Source: Paraphysomonas bandaiensis (lineage: Eukaryota; Protista; Chrysophyceae). Taken from it: a stretch of 64,000 nucleotides of DNA. The translations under genes and the position numbers were made by a program. The notes under the pieces were generated by a model, which made no database searches, was not told the DNA's origin, and worked only from the letters and a program-made list of their open reading frames with translations. The stretch covers positions 109,458-173,457 of the forward strand of contig CBFFRP010000314.1 in the NCBI GenBank assembly GCA_965644295.1. Reading direction: 5' to 3'. This document shows, piece by piece, positions 52,390 to 64,000 of this stretch (its first letter is position 1; each line of letters starts with the position of its first letter).

Positions 52390-53272
52390 TGAATGTCTTA
52401 TTAGTAGTAGTAGTAGGCGTTTATGTGTCAGACCTAATTTAGCATTTCTATATTTTAGCTAAAATTAGTGCTGAACTCTGATTTCCTTCTCTTTAGCGCC
52501 ACCAAAGCTGCTTGTGCGCCACCGCAATCACCTAGGTGCAACCACTAACACTCAAAGCAAAAAAGCAGCGAGCAAACAGAATGTTGATATACCTGACATT
52601 GCCGACTTCATGATTTCTGAGGCCTTAAGCAGAACTCATCCCGGATGCTTGTCTTCAGCAGATAGCCCAATACCCCAGTTACCCTTGAGGTGGGCCCATT
52701 CCTGAATGCCTGTTTATTCGTCAGGGCCCAAAGACATCTCCACAAGAGACACTAGTTCGTGTTCCTTGTACCACACAAACATTCGGCCATGAGTGGGCAG
52801 ATCAATATCTGCAAACTATATATGAATCTCACTTTAGTTTCCAGGAGAAATATATCCGATTAGGGTTAGGTTGGGGTTAGGGTTAGTAGCTCCGGTACTT
52901 ATCCATGACAAAGTGTGAGTCCGACTTTATTGAGGGGTGTATGACATGACGCACACAATCCGGATAAGTACCCGAAAACTGAAATGACTGGGTGCTCCAA
53001 CTTGAATATATTACCTCTTCAGTAATATTCTTGAAGTTGTTACGAAGTCCAAGTTATGAAGGTAGATTGCTTGATGTTCTCCTTCAGACGAAGGTTAGAA
53101 TTTTGCAGTGTTTGGAAAGTTGACTCATCATTGTGTTTTCCTTACAACTGTGTAATGTAATGCTATCACATTACATAATTAAGACAAATGAGAGCTTCGG
53201 TTTGTGGAACCGAATATTGAAGTTAAATGTCTATATTTGCCCGGCGCTAGTATATGAGCGTTCTGTTGAACC
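52390..53272 (+). repeat. Longest copy of repeat family R, containing interstitial TTAGGG-like repeats
   Basis: Colinear with 19170-19678; TTAGGGTTAGGTTGGGGTTAGGGTTAG at 52860-52886; the distal part matches the 21.9-22.8 kb fragments. Confidence 0.8.
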
Positions 53273-53865
53273 TAAATCAGAAGCACTCTTGAGACGAACT
53301 GGGGACAGTTAGGAAGGAATCAACAGTCGATAGTAGTATTCGTTGTTACGGATTCGAACACTTTTGTCAATTTATTGTAGTGACTGCAATATGTTTCATA
53401 AATTTTGGCACAACTCAGTCTACCACTACTAACAATATCTGATACAAACTTCTACGCACTGCACATCGCCTGTCCTTATCTTACCTATGCAGGACTTTTA
53501 ACGGAGTCAACAAACACAACGCCTTAAATGATTTCATGTCACAAATGCAATTATTCATTAAATAGCAAAACTACTATAACAATTATATTCCTTATTTTTA
53601 AATATGACGATTACATGAGTATCATACTAAATGAGCAAATAGCATAACTGCATATCACGTAATGCAGTTATGGAATTCACATAATGTATCAAATATTTCA
53701 GAGTATAGTAGACGAAATAATAGACCGTCACTTTAATCGTCAACGTGTCTCTCTCAAAGAGACACCAATAATTATAAATTCGATTCGAAATAGTTACGAT
53801 GGAAATATACTGTGTAATTGATATGTCCGTTAAAGGTCAGTATTATACCAGTATGATCATTCCAT

Positions 53866-54873
53866 CTAGTGCGTGTAGAGATTGTATGCGCTTGTAGATG
53901 CGGGTTCATAGGAGAGTAGAATGGAGGGATCTACGCGCTCAGGTAGAGCTATTGAGCCTTTTGCAGAGGATGTCGTCAATCCACTGTGAAGGATGGACCC
54001 ACCATCGGAATTTGATCGCATATATCGAGCTGTCTTCCTCTGAGAGTTTTCCTTTGTCGCAACCGGGAGATTTTGATACGAATGTCGCCGAGGAGATGGA
54101 GCAGGTGCAGCCATATACACAGCTCTTTCAGTATTTAATGCTGTCACACGAGCACTGGTGCCACCAGTGAGGGGTACATGGGCATTTGGCTGGGGACGGA
54201 CATCAGTGGACACCAGATAAGAGGCTTCAGAAGGGGTCACACGCTGCATCCAAATGCGCATTCGAAACTCCTGGTACATATTCTTGACGAGCTCACGGAA
54301 GTCTACGCGCTCATTGGAGGTGTATATAATAGTAAGTTTTTTACGATCAAACTGCATCTCTGCTGCAGCTACATTGATAGGGACTCGCTTCTGTTTGGCC
54401 AGATAGTTACACAGCATCACTGCACGGTTTTCTTCGCCCTGATTTTCTCGCAAGTATTTGTAGTGTTCCATAGTTCCACGGCATAGTATACGACGCAGTG
54501 TGGGAGTGGGCATATACTTCGATAGCGGGTTTGTGCGCTGTGGGTTAATCGCATGAACAATGCCTGCATCGAACCCCGAGTCTGTCTCAACGATGACCAA
54601 ATCACCAATATTGATGACGTCATTCGTCTGTAGACACTCCTCTGAGAGTACGTATGTGTCTTTCGTGCACCTGAATCGAACCTCGTATTCATTGTGAGGA
54701 GGAGAGGGATCGCGATGTATGTACTGGTTGAATGAGCTGGCTGAAGATGCTAAAGAGTCCGACTCGAACACAAGCCCCTCTACATAATCGTGATCATCCG
54801 ACGAATATGAATCCTTGCTCAGACTCAGGTCAGCGAACAGCTGTCCGAAGTCAAAGTTCTCTTGAGTGGTCAT
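53866..54873 (-). CDS. PSP1 C-terminal domain protein (YaaT/RicT-like)
   Basis: IGDLVIVETDSGFDAGIV, AEMQFDRKKLTIIYTSNERVDFRELVKNMYQEFRMRIWM; likely start MTTQENF. Confidence 0.9.
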   Translation of the reverse strand: MTTQENFDFGQLFADLSLSKDSYSSDDHDYVEGLVFESDSLASSASSFNQYIHRDPSPPHNEYEVRFRCTKDTYVLSEECLQTNDVINIGDLVIVETDSGFDAGIVHAINPQRTNPLSKYMPTPTLRRILCRGTMEHYKYLRENQGEENRAVMLCNYLAKQKRVPINVAAAEMQFDRKKLTIIYTSNERVDFRELVKNMYQEFRMRIWMQRVTPSEASYLVSTDVRPQPNAHVPLTGGTSARVTALNTERAVYMAAPAPSPRRHSYQNLPVATKENSQRKTARYMRSNSDGGSILHSGLTTSSAKGSIALPERVDPSILLSYEPASTSAYNLYTH

Positions 54874-55629
54874 TCGTGGATATTTAGCTACGGAGTGAGT
54901 GTACGGGGTTAGATAGCAGATAGACTGAGCAGGTGGACCATATGAATAAGTGACTGTTGTTTGTACGTATTGATCCACTCTGTTGAAGTGCACTTCACTT
55001 CATGCGTTCCCCTCTCACCACTTCGTCATTTAATCATCGCATGTGAAGTATCTACTGCAACTACAAACCAATTACAAACTCTAGAAAATAATAGGAATAA
55101 TATGATTGGTTATATTTTTCACCTTTTTTTATTTGAAGTCTGTAAGTTTGATTTGGGGAATAAAAGTTTGAAGAGTGATGGTCTGGAATAAATCCTGTAG
55201 TCGGTACAGTATACTGGTATAGCTACGGTATACGTGCAAGAGAGGACGGGGGCCATTTTATGATGATCATGCATATAGATATATACGAATATAGATGCTG
55301 TCTGCACTTCATCTGAGGAAACAGTGATTGAAGTTAAGGCAGAAATGGATCATCATATCTACGGTATACGGTCATATGAATTACACTAACTTGAGTATGC
55401 TTGACACACTGGCCCCTTCAGATCCCACTCTCATCTCATATTTATAGAGATAGGTGACATGAATCCTCATGTTGGCCTCCCACCATTAGCAGCACGATGC
55501 AAGCGACCCGCCCCCTCCACAATAATATAAGACTAAGACTGGAAATATGCCTGTATGAGTACCTGAAAAAGGGTTGTGAATACGTTGTTGGGGACACTCC
55601 CGTCAATATATCACTTTAATTGAGGCCCC

Positions 55630-56062
55630 TCCCGCCATCAGAGCAGCCACCAAGCAGGGAGGTCTACGTATGGCAAAATGAAGCGGAACGAAATCCTGGA
55701 GCAGTTTGGAGTTCCATTTTCTACTCTGACGAGAGATTTAAGCCTTTTTCGGGAATGCCTCGATATGGAATCTCTATATGGTTATGAACACCTTTGTGTC
55801 AGATGAGTCGAATCATCTTTTGGTGGCCAATGTCATCGACGAGTTGCAGTTTCCTTTCTCTGGACTACCTCCCCTCCTGCGATCACATCCTGAAAGAGAT
55901 TTGATGGTAGTGAAGTTCGACCTCGAAGCGAAATGTCAGAATTCACAGTGCAATACTGTCACCAATATGCGGATGCTGGCACTGCGGCGAACGGTGGGAT
56001 CCCTACGAATCAATCTGAACGACTCAGGAAGGCCATATGCGGGAAGGACTTTTTATGGATAA
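55630..56062 (+). pseudogene. Possible pogo/Tc5 (CENP-B-like) transposase N-terminal remnant
   Basis: GKMKRNEILEQFGVPFSTLTRDL resembles a psq-type HTH, followed after a frameshift by SGLPPLL; interrupted frames. Confidence 0.35.
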
Positions 56063-57194
56063 CTTCTTAACACCGAAGGATTATGACCAGGCCAACAATT
56101 AGCAAGACTTCTGAGATGCGGAGGCCGCAGATCCGACACAGCAGAGCAATATGGCTCGGAAGTTTTCTTATTCATATGGCTGACTGCATCCACTCAGGCA
56201 CTCTCCCCAAGTCTACGGTTAGCAAGTGATGAAGGTACGGTTAGCAAGTCTGAATGTAGTGGATGGAAGCCTTGTATGTGACACCATGGTATGAGGATTT
56301 TGTGTATGATTATTTTGATCATTTCGATTATCTTTTTTATATGATTAACTGAGAGTAAACACTTTTAATTACCAAGTCTTTATTAGTGTATGTTAAGAAT
56401 GCCAGCCAGGTAGTTACTAATGGGTAGTTGAATAGTGCCTCAATGTCCTACTATATCTAACATATACACAAGTACAACTGTAACGCGGCTCTATAGTGTC
56501 ACGTGTCACCAGACGACCTACGAAATGTCTGGAAGGTTTTCCTAGTAAGTTCTATCATCATGTACATTACTCCTAACGTTTCTAGAGAACCTCGACTGCG
56601 GATCAGAGCACACTGTCGTGACAAGCAGTATAATATTTGTCTAACTGTTATGAAACATGTCTGCACTATTAGTATATGTGTTGAGATATATGTAATAATG
56701 TGTATCACTCTGTCAACTCTGTGTTTTCATAATAGGGGACGTATATTTTGAACGGCTGAAAATCGCCTTAATGTGTTTACTCTGGCTAACTATAACATCG
56801 GAACCAAATAAATTATAGTGAATCTGATTAGATATTATGAAATTAAGTTGAGATCATAATGTCATATGAGTGATGAAAATGAATAAAAAACTGTTCATAA
56901 TAGAGCCCCTCCTTCGTCGAAGTATACTCAGTATTTCATAGTAAGAGTAGGCTTCCTACTGATTCCTGTTTTTTAAAAGCCCTAAATAAAGACGGATGCG
57001 CTCCTTTTCGTGGTGTTCACGGGAAGTTGGTTGTATTATCGGTGTGTGTATTTGGTGGTGGAACTATCGTTATTGTCAGTAGGAATGATAAAATCCTTCC
57101 TTCTTCTGAGTTTACTGCCTTCAATTATTATTGTATCATCGTATTATCCATCTGGTCAATCCCAAATAATTCCATACTTGTTTAGACTTTAGAC

Positions 57195-58325
57195 CAGGGC
57201 CTGGTAACCATTAATGGTAGTCCAGTTCCCGGTAATTATAATGGCATTAATGAAAAATGTCCCGGCAATTGTAATGGCCATTAATAGCTACTAATTAAAA
57301 GTAGATAGCACCACTCATATAGTGCTGTGCTCCCTTAATTACTAACTTTTAGTTAAATAGCAGACTACAAATTTTAACTACTTCTCGCTCTCTACTGGCA
57401 CATCAGGATCTTCTTTCAGGGCTTCATGGAGAGTATAAACATCCCACAACATGTAATTGGCTCGTAGGAATAGCAACGATTCTAGACGATATGGATTCAT
57501 GTTTCTACGCTCAGGTGTCATAATCAACTTTGCACGACTAAAGCGCCTCTCAACAACATTAGATTGTGCTTCAATATGACAAGCAGCGGTAGTTGTACTC
57601 GTAGGTACCAAGTCGAGCTTTCTTGGCAAGACAATAAATCGCCCCCGTGAAGTCTTTCACTTCCCAAAATTCTCTCGAGTTCCTCTCGCCAAGAAAAATC
57701 CGCATGTTTGATGCCTTTGGTTATATATATGATTTACACAACTCGTGTAACCTCGCTTTATATCTTGTTACGAGCAAATATGATACAGAGAATTCTCTGA
57801 ATCCACTCGGAAGAAGACTCTGTAAATTACACTGCCATCAATGCTTTCGGCCATCATCGTTGCTTAATATACTGTATGGTATAAATACAGAGTATAATAT
57901 TACTTTGCTTAGTTGCGTACTGTAGCGTCTTTCAACTTTGGGGAAAAATAGTATTTTTATGAATGTTGTCTAGGTGAAATATGCATATTTTCAATGATTA
58001 TTTTAGAGCTTTTGGGTATATGAGTACGTCGCAATAGATATTGCTCACTCAGGAAACTATTCTCTAAATCTACAGAGCATTGAGAAGATAGTGAACAAAG
58101 TTGCCACAAAGTGCCTGTACAGTTACATGAGTCTAATATTGTTTAGAGTTTCTTCGGAGTATAATAGAGGAGATACTATATTCTATATTATCTTAAAAAC
58201 ACTCAGTTCTATATAAAGCAGTACAGGTCATTTATGGTAGTCCGGTTACCGGCAATTATAATGGCATTAATGACAACTGTCTCCGCAATTATAATGGCAT
58301 TACCATTAATGGTTACCAGTCCCTG
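57195..58325 (-). mobile_element. 1131-bp internally deleted hAT element retaining the transposase C-terminus
   Basis: TIR CAGGGCCTGGTAACCATTAATGG; 8-bp TSD CTTTAGAC; ORF 57378-57629 SNVVERRFSRAKLIMTPERRNMNPYRLESLLFLRAN. Confidence 0.93.
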
Positions 58326-58547
58326 CTTTAGACAACTGAAAATTTTACTTGAGTACTTGGATGAGGGTCTTGTTGTTTTGCTAATTTTGTAGGACATCTT
58401 CAAAAGAACAAGTTTCATTGAACTGTTACTGTTAACCACACCACATATGGCATACACTACACTATTTTTATTAGATCAGATCTTGGTGAACAGCGTTGAG
58501 AATATATAACACAACCATTGCCTGAAGGTTATAAATTAACTTTTATG

Positions 58548-61500
58548 TGTTGGGAAATGCTCATTTTACTTAGATCAAAGAGAGATTAAGTTGTTAGACT
58601 AGATAGATTTATTAATATCGTTTACACAAATTGTGTTAAACAACACAAGCTCGTTTTGTGCCATGCATAAATCACTACTTCTGTAGACCTTTCGCTACTA
58701 AACATATCTTGAAAGAGCAAACTATTTCAGTTTTCTCAATATCATAACAGCATCTACACATCACCATACTTCACTGTATTCTCGTACATTGTCTTCAAGT
58801 ACCACATTGAATATACTAGGATACAGTCCATATTCTAATACTCCCACTCAATGTAGAATGCAGTGATACGAAAACAACAATGAGTACAGTGATCTTCATG
58901 CTATAAACTAGTCTCATAGGTAAAATAGATGTGAAATCTTATCAAGATACATATATAACTAGCAGTCAACTAGATATATAGTTATGTGGGATTCTCACCC
59001 ACTAAAACACACCTTTAACCTCTTCGGGGTCGCTTCTTCTGCTGCTCCTCAACTCTGGTTGACACACTTCTCTTAACCCCGGTAATAGTTTTCTCATGAC
59101 GACTGAAAAGTTTCGTTGACAATGCCTTCGTGAAAATATCAGCCGCCATATCATCCGTCGACACATGAATCAACTTTGCCGTAGGAAATTTTCCATTTAC
59201 ATGCTCTCTCACCCAGTGATACTTGATGTCTATATGCTTCGACCTCTTATGATACACAGGATTCTCGGAGAGATCTTTCGCACTCTTGCTATCCATAAAG
59301 AATGGAGTCGGCTTCGCAACTAAGAGCCCGAGCTCCTTGAACACCCCCGAAGCCACACCAGTTCTTGCATAGCCGCATACTCCGCCATATATTCAGATTC
59401 CATGCTCGAAGTTGCAACTGTGGTCTGTAGTTTAGACTGCCAGGCCAATGCGCCTGCACATAAGAACACAATGTATCCTGTTGTCGATCGCCGAGTCAGT
59501 CTATCACCAGCCCAATCTGAATCACTGAACACATGTAAGTCGAACTCACTCCCACTGAATCTGATGCCCTCATCAATTGTTCCACGCAAATATTTCAATA
59601 AGTGAATCGCCAGTTTGCACGATGCATATGTCGGACAACTACTAAATCGAGACAATAACCCCACTGCATAAGCCAGATCAGGTCTAGTATGCATTGCTAG
59701 ATACAACACTGCTCCAATAATTTGCCGATACGGAAATGAGTCAACCCACTGCTTCTGCTCCTCCGTAAGTTCACGTTCCTCTGCCAACAGATCCTGAACA
59801 TTAGTAGGTAGTGGGGCCTCCTTATTCTTACTACTCTTTCCCATAACTGAGCTGAATTTCTTGATAATATTCTTAGCATACTCAGATTGATCTAACATAT
59901 ACCAATTTTCTCCTCTGGTTATCCTGATGTTCAGAAATCGCTTACACACTCCCAGATCATGCATCTCGAATGTTTCACAGAACCTACGCTTTACGCTTTC
60001 CAAGTAAGTCAGATCAGCGGATGCAATTATGATATCATCAACATATATCAATAATAAATGCAGTTTTCCGTTACTCCATCGCATATACAAACACGTATCC
60101 AAAATACACGGAGTAAAATGCAATGATTTAATAAACTTGTCAATATGTTTATTCCACTGTCGCGGTGAAGATCGCAGTCCATACAATGCCTTGATTAGTT
60201 GAAAACACCATCCAGCTAGTAATTCCTCATCTGGTGGAGGTGCCATATACACGTCATCCTCCAGATCTGCATAGCAAAATGCGGATGATACATCTAATTG
60301 ATGCACATGCATCTGTAACATAAACGCAATCGCTAACACTAGTCTAATGGTTATACCCTTAACCACTGGAGCGAAAGTGGACGGCTCCTCCTCCTTCTTC
60401 TCTTGGAGATTTCCTAATGCCACTAGCCGAGCCTTGTACTTTACTATATTCCCTAGTATGTCTCGCTTCACCGTATGCACATATTTCGCTCTAACTAATT
60501 TCACTCCGCTTGGAATTTTCACGATCTTCAAGACACGTCTTTTCAGCAATGATGTCTTCTCCACCATTCGAGCTTTTCTCCATTGTTGATACTGTGGAGA
60601 TCTCTCTGCCTCGGCATATGAATTTGGTATCTTGATATCTTCTGTCTCTGCATGGTTAAGATCAATATTATGCGCATCCGGTACTTCAACCATATTAATC
60701 TCTCCTAAAACTGACGCGTTTGCCAGTCTCCGCTGCAGCCGTTTGCGTCGGACCCGACCATCACCATCTAGTTCAATCGGTCGACGAGGTATATAAGAAC
60801 CCGTACCTTGCTCATCCTGAGCACGCACATCGTGCGTTGTGGGAGGAGCCCCGCTCACAACCCCAGACTCATAGTCTTCAGAGGTCTGCAACCTCACAGC
60901 TGTCTCCTGACAGGTTGGGTCAGGACTCTCCTGTAACCCTCCAGGTCTTCCCTGGTCCAGCACCCTGGCTGGCATAGTACTCAGGGCGTCCCCCTTTCCT
61001 ATATATCCGGTATTCCCGGGAGTTTCTGCAGTCATTCGCACTACGTCCTCGACGTGAATCGGCACCCGGTGCTCGATATGCTTCCGACCTGCAGTTACCA
61101 GAGATCGATAGGCTACTATTACCCCCTTTCGTTCTACTACTCTCGTGGTCTTGTAGAGAAGACCATCCTCATCATCAATATGATATGTACCTTCTAAGCC
61201 CGCATAGTCAGACACAATTTTCGGTCTCTCGGCCTCCTTCACTCGAAGAGCATCTATCTCAGCGAAATAGCTCTCCGAGCGTGACGGTATGGACTCATCA
61301 GTTAATACATGTACCGACGTGACGACCCTATCAGTCGCAGGTAGATATACATCATATCCTACCTTTTCATCTGAATATCCTATCAGATATCCGATAAGGG
61401 CCTTGTCGTCCCAGTCTTTCCGTCGATCCGCCTTTGTAGTGAGGACATACGCACGACACCCCCATACTCTGAGATATTTCAGGTTGGGAGCCTCACCAGT

Positions 61501-64000
61501 CAAAAATTCAAGAGGGGACATATACCCCTTCGCTGTCTTTGTAGGCAATCGAATTAATATGTACCTGGCTGCCATGTAGGCATCTAGCCAAAACTGTGAA
61601 GGCAATCCTGACTGAATCAGCATCGCTAATGTCATCTCACCACAGGTCCTGAATTTCCGCTCCTCAATCGCGTTCATCTCAGGAGAGTCCGTAGAGCTCC
61701 ACGTATGTTGATAGCAACCCTGTGACCTAAGATATTGTCGCAGCTCATCACATATTAGCTCCCCTGCTCCATCTGCATGGTAATGATGCATTTCTAATTT
61801 GTACCTTTTCACATCTCCTTCAAAAATCTTCTTGAAAACCTGCAGTACCGATGACCCAGTCCTATGAACAAGCCCTTCCGACCAGAACATCCGACTGGCA
61901 TGGTGTGTTAGTTTGAGCACATATATTTCCCCTCCTCGAGCTGGACAATTTAAGTATACTGCTATATCGGCCGAGAAATTTGGACGAACGGAGTCCTCAT
62001 CCTTTGTCCGAAAACTTACTCTGGTGATCTTCGCCCTGGCGCATACATCACATAGACACTGTTCTTTGGAAACACGTTTCGAGAGATGTTTTCGTTTCAG
62101 TCCAGTCCCAATAATTAGCATTCTTTTGTGGGCTTCTACCAACGCATGCTTGTTAAAATGACCCGCTCTCCTATGTAACAGCTCCAGTTCATCCTCACCC
62201 GTACGGTCACTGAGATTTACTTCTGAATCACTGGATGTCGATACGTCTGGAAGCTCCAATAACTGCTGTGTTGGCACAGCAGTCATTCCATTCTTCATAG
62301 GTCCCTCCAACACCAGCTCATCCGTATTTCTGTCATATATCTGTATACCATACCATACAGTAAATCGATATCCCATATCGTTCAACTTCCGTCCAGAACA
62401 AAGACACCGATTTATCTGACTTGATACCTCAATGTTCTTCCATGCTCCACGGGAACCTACACTCGTGACGCATATCTCTGACCCCTTTTTCGAACCATTA
62501 ATAACCTTTGATGTGTGCATATGACTATCAAGTATATTCACATCATTTATCAAAAACATTGATGACGAACAACAGGTATCAATGTATGTATAGTGAATAT
62601 CCTCATGCACACTACTGCATATATTCGTCTCATACACATTACATGACAAATGATACTCTTCCTGTTGCTCGATCATATTTGCTTCGTCTTCGTCAGACAA
62701 ATCCGCTGGCTCTCCACGCCTGATGTTTTCAACTGTAAGTAGTCTTTTGTCTGGTTTCCTTCCATCTTGAAACCTCACAGCCTTGCTCTTGCTTTGCGAG
62801 TACTTCTTTTTCGATGCTGGACAATCGATGGCAAGATGTTCCTTTGACTTACAATTTCTGCACCCAGTATATTCGGCACTTCCAGGTCGCTGCCCTGTAA
62901 TCTCTGTATCCTTCTTCATCGGCTTCTTCTTACCGTTGTTCTTCTTACGATGATCCCTCTCTCTGCGATATCGTTTCTTACTGTCTATCAGGTTCAGCTC
63001 CTCCACTCTTTTACGCTTCTTCTCCAACGCTTCCTTCCCAGCCATAGTATCATCATAGCCTTCTATCTTACGTGATACAGTTACATAATTAACATCATCA
63101 TCCATCAAGTATAATCCAACTCTCAGTTGAGCATACTCTTCATTGAGCAAGCCTTCTCGTAGTCGACTTGTTTTTGATACCTCCGAGATATCCTGCTGCT
63201 GCTCCTGTAGTTCCTTCAGCAGTAGTTCGAACCGTAGTACGTAGTCCTTCGCCGTCTCCTCCGGACGCATACGGAAAGAACCATATTGAGTTAAGAGGTC
63301 ACTGATCCTATTTTGCTTCCCTCCAGCAAAACACTTCTTCAACTCATCAATCATTACATGTGTTTTGAACCTGTTTACACCACTCCCTTCTGCCTTGAAC
63401 GCTTTGTGGGTAAGATGGAATTTACGCAGCGCTTTCGGGGAATGCTGCACCGCATCCCTGCAGTAAGAATAAGCTATGGCGTTCGCCTTCCAATACCTCT
63501 TCACAGCCTGTCTGTACGCCTTCTCCTCCATCAACGTAAGTGGCTGCTCCCCGAAGTCGCTCTCCTTAGGTGGCAGTTCCACCGCTACCTCGCTTTGTTC
63601 CTTCCTCATAAGGAATGTCTCGAAGTCCTCAATCCATTGTTCAACGTTAGTCTCGTTGAACTGAGGAACTACTCCTCTATCCTCCTTCTCTCCTCCTCGC
63701 TCGCTACCATGTTGGGAAATGCTCATTTTACTTAGATCAAAGAGAGATTAAGTTGTTAGACTAGATAGATTTATTAATATCGTTTACACAAATTGTGTTA
63801 AACAACACAAGCTCGTTTTGTGCCATGCATAAATCACTACTTCTGTAGACCTTTCGCTACTAAACATATCTTGAAAGAGCAAACTATTTCAGTTTTCTCA
63901 ATATCATAACAGCATCTACACATCACCATACTTCACTGTATTCTCGTACATTGTCTTCAAGTACCACATTGAATATACTAGGATACAGTCCATATTCTAA
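58548..64000 (-). mobile_element. Ty1/copia LTR retrotransposon (family 2); 5' LTR truncated by about 2 nt at the window edge
   Basis: LTRs 58548-58840 and 63710-64000 read identical; PBS TGGTAGCGAG (63700-63709); PPT AGTGGGAG; gag CCHC, protease IDTCCS, integrase, RT YVDD, RNase H DSDWAG. Confidence 0.96.
59015..63726 (-). CDS. Copia gag-pol polyprotein with 1-nt frameshift at the G5 run ~59344-59348 in RNase H
   Basis: ORF 59320-63726 ends VWLRG and continues as VFKELG...ENPVYHKRSKHIDIKYH in ORF 59015-59356. Confidence 0.93.

Noticed and set aside
52860-52886. Chromosome end/telomere
   Set aside because: Only about 4 imperfect TTAGGG units embedded in a dispersed repeat, with genes on both sides
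59340-59356. Programmed frameshift in copia-2 RNase H
   Set aside because: The homologous position in copia-1 has G6 and is in frame; this copy has G5, consistent with a 1-nt homopolymer deletion

Overview
Eukaryotic, intron-rich genomic DNA with short introns (mostly 40-110 nt), probably from a stramenopile/ochrophyte-like protist (inference). Protein genes: an ABCC/MRP transporter (partial), a hotdog thioesterase, an intronless staphylococcal-nuclease-family gene, the spliceosomal helicase Aquarius (AQR/IBP160), an EF-hand-like protein, 14-3-3, a membrane protein, a PHD/pre-SET/SET protein with a degenerate active site, an RTEL1-like helicase with a RING finger, a kinesin, PPP4R1 and a PSP1-domain protein. 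Mobile DNA: two young Ty1/copia elements with identical LTR pairs, solo LTRs, hAT non-autonomous elements/MITEs with 8-bp TSDs, an unclassified dispersed repeat and a ~680-bp (TATG)n tract. Main observation: the six long introns in the 3' half of AQR (10.8-15.6 kb) carry 19 candidate box C/D snoRNA genes in 6 families. They have terminal stems, C/D'/C'/D boxes and rRNA-antisense guides, and are partly amplified as 137-bp and 312-bp tandem units. The gene for the factor that couples splicing to intronic C/D snoRNP assembly therefore appears to be a polycistronic snoRNA host. rRNA target assignments come from recalled conserved rRNA motifs, not from a search.
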